From assembly GCF_021028975.2 (NCBI RefSeq), contig NC_059435.1:52204001-52268000 (forward strand): a DNA stretch of 64,000 bases. Direction: 5' to 3'. The notes under the pieces are model-generated. The model was not told where the DNA came from. It made no database searches and saw nothing but the letters and a program-made list of their open reading frames with translations. Each line of letters begins with the position of its first letter. Position 1 is the first letter of the stretch. Source of the DNA: Sphaerodactylus townsendi. Lineage: Eukaryota. The translations under genes and the position numbers were made by a program. This document shows, piece by piece, positions 50,882 to 62,949 of this stretch.

Positions 50882-51465
50882 TTTTTAAAAGGGCCAGATA
50901 TCAACAACTATTAACCATAAAACTTTCTCTTTTCAGAAGCAGTATATTTGTATAATAGTTGTATGATCTGTATTATAGATTATTACCAAAGTGAATAAGA
51001 AGCAGAAGGTTGGGTGACTGATAAGTGGTGGATTTTTGTCTTTTTAAGCACAAATATTTTTCAGCAAGTAAGGGAAGGATATAATATATTTGTGTGTGTG
51101 TGTGTGTGTGTGCGTGTGTGTGTGTGTGTGTGTAATAATAGTGCTTAGCATCTGGAATAAGACAACAGTTGTACAAAGTTTACTCTTAGAAAAGAATCAG
51201 CCAGGATGTATTGAACTCTCTCTTCTTCAGACTGCTCACAGGTAGAGAATATACTGAAATATAATCATCCTTCCCTTACTTGCTGAAAAATATTTGTGCT
51301 TAAAAAGACAAAAATCCACCACTTATCAGTCACCCAACCTTCTGCTTCTTATTCACTTTGGTAATAATCTATAATACAGATCATACAACTATTATACAAA
51401 TATACTGCTTCTGAAAAGAGAAAGTTTTATGGTTAATAGTTGTTGATATCTGGCCCTTTTAAAAA
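50882..51465. repeat. Inverted repeat: 199-bp arms (50882-51080 and 51267-51465), 186-bp spacer containing (TG)n
   Basis: The arms are reverse complements with no mismatch found by eye. Confidence 0.95.
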
Positions 51466-51646
51466 CTATCAAAGTACCAGGCTTCACCAGACTTTGTGAC
51501 AATTAATTCCTAAGTTCATTTCTTGTTGTATATAACATTACCTTGTGAGGCGGCCTTAATTTATTCTGCCCTTTTGTAACTGTGTATGTGAGACTCAGAA
51601 AAGAAGAAACCCAGAGTGTGCCACAGCAGCAGGTGTTAGACTAGGA

Positions 51647-51740
51647 CAGTGGTGGCGAACCTTTGGCACTCCAGATGTTATGGACTACAATTCCCATCAG
51701 CCCCTGCCAGCATGGCCAATTGGCCATGCTGGTGACTGAT
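51647..51740. mobile_element. Truncated half of the hAT MITE family seen at 5568
   Basis: cagtggtggcgaacctttggcactccagatgttatggactacaattcccatcagcccctgccagcatggccaatt. Confidence 0.85.
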
Positions 51741-52775
51741 AATGTCTCCCTCTGAGTACCAGATTATGAACTCATGCCTAGTTTTAGAAGGTACCCATTG
51801 GCCTTCTCCTCAGTTGGTGGTTCTTACTAGGCCAGATCCTAATGTAAATTATTTGTATCCAGCTTTTCTCCCAACAGGGACTCAAAGTAGGTTACAACAT
51901 TGTTATCCCCTCCATGATATCCTCACAACCATAACTTTATGAGAGCCAGTAACTGGTTCAAGATTGCCCATTGCTGCATGGCTAAGTGGGGATTTCACCA
52001 GTCCAACAGGCACAGAAACTGGACAGAAAACCATCTTGTCTGTCTCCAGCATCAACATGGAGATTCCATAATATATCGTGGATAACTGCTTGAACTGTTC
52101 TATCAAACAATGGAGCATAAGTTCCAAACTTAGTGTATTACATATCTTAAATAGGAACAACAACTAGGGCAACACTCAGTAAAATAGACTAGACCCAGGC
52201 CAAATTCTACTTCCTGTCCTACCTGATCACCTCTCTCAGCAAGTAGTACTTCTAAATATAGTTGGCACTACATTTAAGATCACCACTAAAGTTGGAAGGA
52301 GCAGTTTTACAGGGTAGACAGGATGTATAGGACTGTTCAGAGGCACCAGCTGTCCCTGACACTACGCCTTTAGGCTTTCTTTATAAATAGTCAATTTCCA
52401 GAACAGGGTTTATACATTTCTGTTTATAAATAGAAAGAGCGTTTTGATAAGGGATCACTCCAATAAGCACTCTTCCTACACCCAACTATTTCCCATCACC
52501 CCTCTTACTGCTGTGGCTCTCAGCCACAGAATATTAAGGTCCTATAGTAAAGTAGCATTTCTAAAGCAAGGATTCAGGTGGTCAAACCAGCCTCTGTCAC
52601 TTAATGCAGTTCACCTAAACAACAAGTAGAACTCATTGCTCATCAGACCCTTCCCTTCCCTGGTCAGGAGTAAAACTAGATGGCTCAAGCCATACCCATA
52701 AGGGTTTAGCTCAGATCTTTTAAAAAATGTTTTCACGGTTCCTTCCAGCCTTGGGCAGAAAGAGAAAAATCATTA

Positions 52776-52884
52776 TCAAAGGCCTTCATTGCCAGAATCA
52801 ACTGGTTGTTCTGGGTTTTCCAGGTTGTGTGGCTGTGGTTTGATAGCTTTAGCTCAGAATATTTCGCCTTCATCTGTGGCATCT
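52776..52884 (-). mobile_element. Degraded Penelope-like pLTR
   Basis: Divergent copy of the 24681 family. Confidence 0.65.
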
Positions 52885-54070
52885 AAAATTTAAAATTCAA
52901 GCAAATGATGGCTGAAAGTTTCAGAGCTTCTTAAGGGGGAAAAATAGCCCAAAGAAAAAAGAAATAGTCTGGGACTCAGTGAGTTACATTCCACTTCAAA
53001 GAAAGATGTTATTTTAGAAGGAATAAAATCAGTAGGAGAAGAATTCTTCTGGTATGGCTTCTAAGCTAGTCTATACTCAAGCAGATAAAGAGTGCATCAT
53101 AGAAGAAACTGTAGTAGCAGCAGTAGTCATAGTAATAATAGGGAGAATTAGCAAGACACCAAGTGCCTCAGCTGTCCTGGCAACTGAAAAAGTCAGACTC
53201 TTGAGCTACATATAATCTCTATACAAATTCAGTTTAATTAAAATGGTAATTAACTCATTTTATAAGGCATGTCTTTTACATGTACGTAAGAACGAAGTTA
53301 CCTTAGATAAGGTCTTCAGCTACCCCTTTGTTCTCCCAAGTTACTGTTTCTAGAATTGTCCCAACACCACCACCCCCTTTCCCTGTTCCTGTCCCTAAGT
53401 TTCCAGGGAACATCTGGGGTTCAAGTGAAGGGGGAAAAAGCAATTTTCTCTGTCCTTCTGTTTGTTAAATAACTGTCCTTCAGTTTATTAAATAACAGGT
53501 TATTATTTTGCTGTTTTCATATACAGCAACAAGCTTATACAAAGCTCTGGTCCTTCTATTATCTACTCCTCAAGATACACAAAAGAATGTGAAGGGGAAG
53601 GACACCCAATATAGCAATAATAGTCTGATAACATTCAAGAGTCCTTGAAAAAACAAATTCTCAAAACTTCTACAAATCATAGCTATTTGAGGACAACATA
53701 TTGCTGGGAAAAACGAGACATCTGTAACAGAAATCATTTCAGCTTTCCATAACGAAATGTTGGCAGTCCAGCTGTTCAAACAAGAAAAGGTCACAATACT
53801 TTGTGTTCCACTGGGAATAAGGCTTACAGCATATTTCTTACAAGCATTTTGGGATACACACCCTCAAAAATTTTCCATCATAACATTATCAATATCTACA
53901 TACTCAAGACTCATATATTTGATATTCCATTTGCAATGATACCTATAGCCCATAACTACTAGATTACTTCTCATCACATCCTTGATTCTTCCTTCAATAA
54001 AGTGACAAAAATGCTTTGGTTTGCTTGTATTTTTCCTAAGGCAGATCTGAGTTATAATGATAAAATTCTG

Positions 54071-54072
<2 letters not shown>

Positions 54073-54115
<43 letters not shown>
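54073..54115 (+). repeat. (CA)n microsatellite
   Basis: Read directly from the sequence. Confidence 0.97.
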
Positions 54116-54118
<3 letters not shown>

Positions 54119-54341
54119 AGAAACAGTACCTGTAGCTTTAAGGGGGGGAAATGTCCACTGTGTCCATTATTAGGCAACTACAATAGCAGTGCCAGTTGAA
54201 GCCTTGTGCCAGTTGAAGACAGGATGCTGTTTAGCCTTTGAGAAAAACTCATTAGGACCAGGCCAGGTAGCTATTACCAGATGACTTGCTACAAACCCAG
54301 TCCTAATTGCTTGCTACTGTTCAACAACAGCTACCACACAA

Positions 54342-54475
54342 AAGTCAGTGTGGTGAAGTGGTTAGAATGTCAGACTAGGATATAGGAGAACAGGTTCAAA
54401 TCCCCACTCTGCCTTAGAATCTTACTGCTGACTCTGAGCAAATCATACACTCCTGGCCTAACCTACCTCACAGGT
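54342..54475 (+). mobile_element. Old tRNA-derived SINE (Squam3/MIR-like) fragment
   Basis: gtggtgaagtggttaga...caggttcaaatccccactctgcc...acctacctcacagg. Confidence 0.65.
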
Positions 54476-55366
54476 TCAAGATAATATAAGTTGTTTTGAA
54501 TCAACAGTGTGAAGAAAGACGAGGCATAAAGGTAGTAAATAATAGACAAGTGAAAAGGGGCAGATAAGCAGTAGGTTGGTTGATGGACAGGAAAGGAGGG
54601 AAAAGTGAGGATATGGAGGGCTGTTAGGAGGAGGGAAAGAGGAAATAGTATTGGGACAAGGATATAGGGAAAACTGTGGTGCCCTTTGCAAGTCTTTGCA
54701 AGTTCCTGTAGCACTGGGCTTGGTCTGGCAGTCTGCACTGGGCAACTTGGCCAGACTTTTCCTAGGAGGAGGTGGCTAGCGGTCGGGAAGGAGGGGAAAA
54801 TGAAGGAAGGAGGAGTGACCAGTTAGGCTGGTGACTGAAAAAGAGAGAATGAGGTAAGCAGAGGTGGGAAGCTATGGAGGCTTTCAGGGAAAGGAAAGAG
54901 GGAATAATGGGCAAGGAGAAAATTAGATTTCACACACACACACACAGACAAATCCTCACGGGTCCCCCACTTGTATAACTCAAGAGTTACTATACTGCAA
55001 GATTCAAAAGCCAAGAAACCTAATTTGCTTAATGGGCAAATCAAAGACATCAAATGCACGATTTCAGTTTGCCAGCTCCTGGAGAACAGGAATAGTCCAC
55101 AGCAAAATAAGTTGGGGAGAGGGGAAAAAGCAGCTATAATTTTTGATCACTATGTTTTTGCTGCTTTTAATAGTACATGCTTTTATAAAAAGCCTCTTCA
55201 ATTAATGTAGAAGGGAAGGGAAGCTATTTTCCTCATAAGTCCTGCATTCTTGTGCAGTAAGCAATTCCCCTTAGTTCGTTCCAAAGCAATTCCAAAGCAA
55301 TTCTCCTTGGTTTGCAGAGAGTTAGGAGAGAGTACTTCTGCTGATCAAGGACATAGCGAGACTTAG

Positions 55367-55916
55367 TGTAACCCCCATGCCCAGAATGGGTTGGCCCAGA
55401 ATGGGTTGACCCAGTAAGGGGGTGGAGACTCGGAGCAGCAGAGAGGTTGCAAGAGCTCTTTTGCAGAGGACAAGGCTACCAGACTCGGACCTTGATTTCT
55501 ATAAGCCCTTAACACCTTGATGAGTAATTGCAATATTGTTGGGAACTACTGGGAAGGTAGTTGTTGTTTTTGCTATGTTGTAAATGTTGGAGTTTATTGT
55601 TTCAGGGTTTTCTTTTGTGGTTGTAATGGGTGAGAGTTCTCCTGGAGACCTTCATCATGTTGCAACCTGTTCATCAAGCCCTTGGAGTCTTCAGAGCCAA
55701 CCCACTTGCAAAGAAGAATTTGGACTTGGCAATATCAGTAGACTGTAAATAGAAGGACTTGAAATGCAACCTGAACAGGACCTTGAATTGTAACGTTAAA
55801 TGTTGATGTTTTACAAGTGTTAATTGTAAAGAAAAGTAAACCATATTGTTGTTTAAAAATTGTTGTTGCAACTCATTCCAAGTACTGCCCCACAGAACTC
55901 ACAAGCTGAGGTTACA
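55367..55916 (+). mobile_element. Solo LTR, copy 2 (550 bp)
   Basis: TGTAACC...GGTTACA termini and perfect 4-bp TSD TTAG (55363-55366, 55917-55920). Confidence 0.88.
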
Positions 55917-56138
55917 TTAGCAGACAATTTTCAAACCCGTACTTGAGTAGCTGCTACTGCATTCAACAGGATTTCACTGCTTTCTTTATAAATCAGGTGT
56001 TAAAACAGAAATCAGAAGTTCTTGCCAGGAAAAGGAGGTAGTAATGACCTCTTCTAAAACCTTTGGCTGTCATGTGTGAACTGGGAAGGTAGGCTCACTC
56101 ACATGTCTCACAAGTCCAGATCATGCACACGTCAACAA

Positions 56139-56275
56139 CAATGTATTGTTGAAGGCTTTCACGGCCAGACTCAACTGGTAGTTGTGGGCTTTCTGGACTG
56201 TGTGGCCGTGGTCTGGTAGATGGGAACAAGATCTACCAGACCACGGCCACACAGCCCAGAAAACCCACAACAATC
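56139..56275. mobile_element. Penelope-like pLTR ends in inverted arrangement, hammerhead part absent
   Basis: gttgtgggctttctggactgtgtggccgtggtctggtagat pairs with atctaccagaccacggccacacagcccagaaaacccacaac. Confidence 0.8.
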
Positions 56276-59200
56276 TCACAGTTTATATCACTACTTCAAG
56301 AAATGAACTATCAGTTACCAACCAGCTGATCTTTACCTCCAAAAAAAAGTATACCTATCATTAATATTTTGAGGCAAACATAACCCTCACCCAAAATCTA
56401 GACTAATTTTTGGCTCAACCTTTCCTTTAGTTTTAAGATAGCTCTACACTTGCTTTACCTTCATCATTTATCATTCTTATCTTCATCGTAACCAAACCTG
56501 CCTTTTTAAAAAATACTCTCGACTTCCATTTGGACTCTTTTTCCTTTTCAGTTTCCTGGTGCAGTCTCTACATAGCTATCCTGGCATGCAGGGCAATAAG
56601 AATGACCTCCTTTTTACCAACAAAGCATTGTTCATGTGTAAAAATCAATAGCCTGATATATAAAGCACAGAAATAGCAAAAGAAAAAAAATTATTATTGC
56701 CTATCTTGCCTTCCACTGGAGGGTTAGCAAAATCAACTGCTCTCTAGTACAATGCCCAGCTCTCTGCAACTGGTCCCCAGACAGAGCTTCAAAAATGAAG
56801 CAATATAAACTTGAACTAGTAAGAGAGATAGGTTGTAAATTTAAGCATAGGAGAAGGAATGGCTTAAACTGCTAAGATTTCAAATCTCTATCCACATCTT
56901 GTTGGATATTGTGATAGCATGCTGCAGCAATCAATCACGACAATTGTCTGTCTTGTCCCCACAGAAAGATCAAGTTGTAAATTGTTCCTATAATGCAAAA
57001 ATTGCACAGCGCTCAGCAACGGGTGTCACAGCCCAAGGTGGCTCCAGTATTTCTGTATATCCTATTGCAGAAAAAAAGAGAAGAAGCTTTTTCATTTTAG
57101 GACTGTACTCTACAACACTGGGCCAGAAAGAAGGTATGCAGAAATAGCTATTACAGATTGCCCTACCCTGTAATAATGTATGCCCTGTCTCTGATGTGGA
57201 GATCACACTCTGATATCACTCATTAGCAAGAAAGGAAGTGGTCCAGAAAGCAGAGTCTTAATTAAACTCTATATGTAGAACAATACAGCCTTGGCATTTC
57301 AGCTAAATAATCTATAAGACCTTAGCACTAAGCTAGAAGAGAAAATTTATCTTCGTTGGGCCTTTTTTTCCTCACAGCTGACAGCAGCCCAGGTTGAAGT
57401 CACCAGCAGCATGACCCATTTTGCATTAAAGGAGTGGGGTTTCATGATACACAGGGATTTTGGTCTTAAGTGCCATGTACTGCCTAAGCCTACTACAATA
57501 AAATGAAATAAAACACACCAGCCAAAAATCATACTGATGCAAGAGACGGCATGTGGTTTCTAGGAGGTGAGCTGACAATCTGATGTGAACTGGTTCTTGC
57601 TTCACGCTTTTCTTAGTCACTTATGTATCGTTTGACTTTGCTCGGTTTTCGTCCCAGGCATGATCTTGGCTTTATACAAGGTACTATTCTTTCAGTATCA
57701 GGATAACAATGGCCCAACCTGACAAGGTTATTTTTTGGGTCACCAAGGCATCTCTGAACACTCTGCAGGGCTTAACTATTATACAGGCTACCATATGCAG
57801 TGAAACAAAGCAGGTAGGACAGAAACTATAATGCACTTAAAGCCACACTTTTCTTGAGCAAGGACAGTCATTCAGTATATTTTGGTGTCACCTTTAGGCA
57901 TGTGAAGGAAAAGAAAGGTGATATGTTCAAAATAAATCCCCTTGGTTTCCCCATATTCCCAACTCCTGTGAAATATTTTTGGTTTTGTAATGGGTGAAAC
58001 ACTTTAAGACAAGTTTTGCTCACTCAAAAAGAAAAAAAATGTTGTGTAACATAATCTAGAGAATTAGATAACTCCTGTGTACACTATATTCCACTGGTCC
58101 CTAACAAGGTGTCCAATGAATTTTCTGGTTCCCCCTGCTTATTCCTCGAAGAACCTCTTCCTCAAAGCCAAACCTGACTTCTCTGTACTTAATTGGAGCA
58201 GGAGGTGCTTCAGAACAGCTTAAAAATCATGCTTTGTTTCTAGGAAGCACCCATTTAAAAACAGCTACCTCCAACATGGAATCAGCCAACATTTAGTGAC
58301 TGGTGCCTATACCAGCTCTCTCCTGGTTTTAGCCTCAGCCCCAGTTTAAATGCTGAAATTTGTTGGGGTGGGCTCAATGTGGGTATGTATTTTTTTTGGG
58401 AGGGGGGGGGGGGCTAGGCTGAGGAATGAGGACAATGTATTAAAGTGGTTTTAGGATGGTTTGATATGTTTGTATTTCTACAATTGTACCCTGCCCAGGG
58501 ATTTTGGTGATGGGCAGGAAATAAATGTACCAAAAATAAATAACTAAAATTGATAACCCAAATATACAGCTAGTTCTCTAGTAACTGCTTGGAACAGCTT
58601 CAGTTCAAATAAGACACTTCTGGTTTACTACAAAATTTATTTCCCAATTTCTTCTCAGATGGTAAAAATTGAAACACATCCTAAGGTAATATACGATAAG
58701 ATGCAGCAGTTTGCATCTGAATCACTCAGTCCAGCACTGAAAAATATTTTCTGTTTCTGTTTTTTCAGTGTGTTCCAAAATTCCTCAATTTTTCCTTGGA
58801 AAACTTCGGGGGTGGGGGGTTACATAAGTGTGTATAGTCACTAAAAAGTTACTAACATCTTGTTAATTTTGTTGTCAACATTTTAGATTCTTTCAAAGAC
58901 CAAAAAACAAACAAGCAAGATGGAAAATTTGCAAGAAAACAGGCCAAGAGGGTTTATTGGTAGAATTCATGAGCCCAGCTTTAATGAGTTACAGTGCTTA
59001 TACTATAATGTCATTTCCAATACTTTCTCAGAGTTACATACATAGATCAAGAACTGAACACAGGGAGACTCACTGATTTTCTATTACCTCTGGATACTTT
59101 CCATTTTCAGAGTACTGCAATGTTCTTCCTTAAACTTCCAATTCACACTACCCCAGACCACCTGCTTCAATATTTTCAAAGCACAGAAACTCAAACACTG

Positions 59201-59495
59201 AAAATCCTGAAACAGGGAGGATCAAAATTGCCTTGTCTAAACCAATTCTTCTAATTTTTTAAAGCCTTGCCTTTGGGATCATTATACACCTGCTGCCAAT
59301 CCTCCCCATTGTCACTGTCAGGATCAGTGTGAGTAAAAGGGACAGAGTTTAACAGCTTGTTGAGACATAGTTCCAGGACATCAAGTTACAAGCATGCCCA
59401 GCTGTGGCCTCAAGGCTTACTCTGCCTTGTAGCATTCAGTGGAAGGAGTAATTAAAAAACATGGGGCTAAAGGGAAAAGATACTCTTCTGGGACG

Positions 59496-59667
59496 AGGGG
59501 CTATTGCTCTGAGGAAGAATCTCTGTTTTGCATGCAGAAGGTTCCAGATTCAATTCTTGGCATCTCCAGTTTAAAAAGACCTCCAGATATGAAAGACCTC
59601 TATGAGATACCCAAAACTAACCTCGATGGGCCAGTGATCTAACTCAGCATCAGGCAGCTTCATGTGC
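59496..59667 (+). mobile_element. tRNA(Ala)-like SINE with CR1-type tail; related split copy at ~47105-47555
   Basis: Head tttgcatgcagaaggttccagattcaattcttggcatctcca and tail gatgggccagtgatctaactcagcatcaggcagcttcatgtg. Confidence 0.7.
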
Positions 59668-60941
59668 TATGTGTGCTCCATTCAGCTAGTACAGTAGTTC
59701 CATTCAGTGGTAGTACAGAATACTGTCCAATTTGTTTTTCGACTGTTTGAGCTTGTCTTTATTGCACTGTTATTGATGCCTACTGTCACCACAAGCCACC
59801 TCGAAGATACCTGTATGACCAATAGGGTATATTTCAACGAACAAACAAATGATATGTTATTGCCCCTCCCCCTCAAAGTATGTGCACAGAAGGTATTTGA
59901 GTACCAATTCTTTGGCAAGCTCATTGGAATATTCTTCACTTGGGTCTAATGCAGGCACAGTGTGTGAGGGTATCAACAAAGAATACACTATCTTAGACCT
60001 ACATCTTTTGTGCCACTGTCAGGTTTCTTTTCTTCCTTTAGATACAAACTGTTCAGCTGTGTCGTATTTCTGTTTAAAAAATGAAGAAACAGTGCATCCA
60101 TGGGGAAAAAATCCATGGAACAATGGTGTGCTTTTTTGTAAGGACCAACTACAATATCACAAAATACTGAGTAAAACTTCCTCTCGGAATTCTTCATTAG
60201 GCTGGATGTTAAATGGAAAGGTGGGTGGGATGTTATAAGAGCCCATAAAATCTATAGGTTGTCATTTTCTTAAAATAGAGGCAAGGAGGTGCCGCAAACT
60301 TAATTAATAACACATGTTGTTGGGTATAAATTTTATTTTATTTATTTATTTTCAATTTCTAGGCCGCCCATTCCCGGGAAGGGCTCAGGGCGGCATCCAA
60401 GAGGAAGTTGGTATTAATTAGAAAAATTACATTTCCCTTTTTGAAAATAATAAAAACGCACAGTTCACCAGTTCTCATTTCTACAAGCAGATAACAACAC
60501 AGAGAACAAGATATCCAACAGAATGAATTCTCACATCTCTTGTGGGCCCCGCTGCCCACGATTGACCACTTCTGGTGGCACAAAGCAATCCTGTCATCAA
60601 ATGACACAGTATCATGGAACTGGTTGTCCAGATCTCATCCTAACAAAGATAAATCTATTATTTAGCACCCAGTCACTAAGCACCAGAGTATGGATTACAT
60701 GTATATGTTTTCCACAAAAGTGACTAGGCTTAAACATTAAGGTTAATGCAGCACACTGACTTTGAAAAGTACTTGATAAACATCAGTCTAATCTTATATG
60801 GAAATCAATACTCATCCCAGCGTCCTCTGTGAAGCACAACATTCAAAGGTCAAGAAAATCAGAGATACCAAACATATCCACAAATGTCAGTGTCAGACAT
60901 TTCCACAGCTTTTAGTAGCACAATTAAGCCATTTAACTTAC

Positions 60942-60973
60942 CTCGTCGAAACCGCTGTCATCTTTCTTCAAGG
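60942..60973 (-). CDS. CDK14: CDK14 coding exon 2 (32 nt, phase 1-0): (A)LKKDDSGFDE
   Basis: Minus strand reads tcttctttttttaaag|CCTTGAAGAAAGATGACAGCGGTTTCGACGAG|gtaagt. It matches human ...IALKKDDTTFDE, which directly precedes ICVTKM, and joins exon 3 in frame. Confidence 0.93.
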
Positions 60974-61199
60974 CTTTAAAAAAAGAAGACAGAAAGAGTT
61001 ATTTGTAATGCATTAATAAGTTACGGAATGCTACAATACAGTCAGAAAAACTATTCCTGTGCATCTATAAAACATCAACATTCATAATAAATTCTGCACA
61101 CCAATATCAAGGTAAGCAAGAAACAGAGAAAATACATTAAAATATCTTAACTAATATGTAACACAATATTCAGCTATCTTCAATTGTATCTGATATTGT

Positions 61200-61465
61200 T
61201 GGACCCCATTGGAGACATAGTCTAGCTTACAACATTGTTTGCTCCTTCTCCATTTTATCCTCACAACAAACCTGTGAGGTATATTAGGCTGAGTGTGAAT
61301 GAGGGGCCCCGCCACGCCCACACCACTCCCACACACGGCACACGCCCAGGTCATCCCGCCCCCCCTGTCCCATTGGCGCTACATCATTGCCCAAGATCAC
61401 CCAGCAAGCTTTCATGGAAGAGTGGAGATTTGAACCTGCATGTTCCAGTAGTTAGTCTGACACAC
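61200..61465 (-). mobile_element. Squam3-like SINE interrupted by a GC-rich hAT MITE remnant (~61300-61390)
   Basis: SINE body on both sides of a GC-rich block ending ggcgctacatcattg. Confidence 0.6.
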
Positions 61466-62949
61466 TGATGTACTTAATTCTAATTGAACATTCTCATGTT
61501 TATGCAAGATTTCGAGCGAGCTGGCAGCTACTGCATAAAGGCCCAACCATACAAAGGAAATTCACAATGTTCCCAGTTCACACCTGATTCCAAACTAAAG
61601 CTAATATTTCCAAAATAAGAAACAGCGCTCAAGGTGTTGGCCAACACAGGGTAAGTACCGTCTGTAATTTTTTCCTATCCTTCCCAGTCACTCAAGTGAT
61701 TCAAGTACTGAAGAGTCACAGCCAACATTAGAGGACTGCCACTAATAATGCTGTATCTCAGAAAGAAAGGAGATTCTAGCATAGGTGACTGGAAATCAAG
61801 GATTTCTGTCCAGATGCCTTCCAAAAAGTGAATGCCTCCAGGTATTCTGGCTGAGTATTAATATACTACTCTCTGAAACCCTTTTTCTACTTCTTGAATT
61901 TATCAACCGAGGGGGGCAAGAGGGTTAATTGCCTCAGAAAGTCAGAACAAAAAAAAATTAACAGTGCAATGTTAAGCAGCTACTCCATTCGAAGACCATT
62001 CTAAGGTGGAACTCGGCTTAAGATTGTACCGTAAGCCTATTATCCTGTCTCTGCCCTAAAGACAGAACTAACAAACGCAACCCACACTAACTTTGAATTT
62101 CCTGGCAAGTTAGTAAAAGTTATTTCAAGAACACTAGGCAGAACTACAGGCTGAATGGGAGAGACTCTCTCCAAGTCTTATATCTTGAATATAGTTTATT
62201 ACAGCTAGCATTATCAGCTTCCTAGCCAAAGCACTAGACAAGCTGGGCACTTTTGCTGGCAAGGCCTGGTTTTAAACAACAAAATTATCAAAATGCTTCT
62301 CTTTTCTGCTGCACAGTACACATTTTTCCACTGAAAATCTGTTTAAGGCTTTATTAGGATGGAAGCAAAGAGAATGGGAGCACAGGAGAAGAGTGGAAAC
62401 GGAACTGCAAATAGCTGTAATTCTGCATCCTATGTGCGCCAGCCAAATTGGATGGTGGTAATCCAAGCTTCGAGCACAGAAAAAAGAAAGTCCTGAATTT
62501 TACACTAAGGGCTGGCAATTACTCTTCTGTAAGAGTTCTGGTGTTGGCACAGACTCTTGCACTTCCACATCCCCTGCTTTTATGAAAGAGTATCCCCTTG
62601 ACAAAAACACACACTGAACAACTGCAAAAGCATAAAAACCAGAGGAGCTGTAATGAGGGGTTTTTGTGTGGATATACTTCAGCTTTCTTAGACTTTGTCC
62701 AACTGGCAGGTGGCCATTTTAGTCCTACTGAGCCCCATTTGGTATCACTACCACAATGAAGCCACACAAGTAGTATCAATGACATAAAGACAGCATATAG
62801 TCTGCTCAGTGAAGTCATACTCTCAGACTCCCTTCATCAGCAAGCTGTGCATATAAGAAAACCAGCAGATGTAATAGGTTAGTTCAGAACTGTCACATCA
62901 AAAAGCCCTGCTTGCAGAAAGTTAGCATATAGTTTTTCATTAGCAGCAA

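Larger units (their letters stand above)
740..60941 (-). other. CDK14: CDK14 intron 2 (~60.2 kb, GT-AG)
   Basis: Lies between the exon 2 donor and the exon 3 acceptor. Confidence 0.9.

Noticed and set aside
42985-55916. Single provirus bounded by the two LTRs
   Set aside because: Each LTR has its own TSD, and there is no PBS, PPT or gag/pol between them.
59496-59570. tRNA-Ala-like gene (and other tRNA-like heads)
   Set aside because: Degenerate cloverleaf followed by SINE body and tail; these are SINE heads, not tRNA genes.
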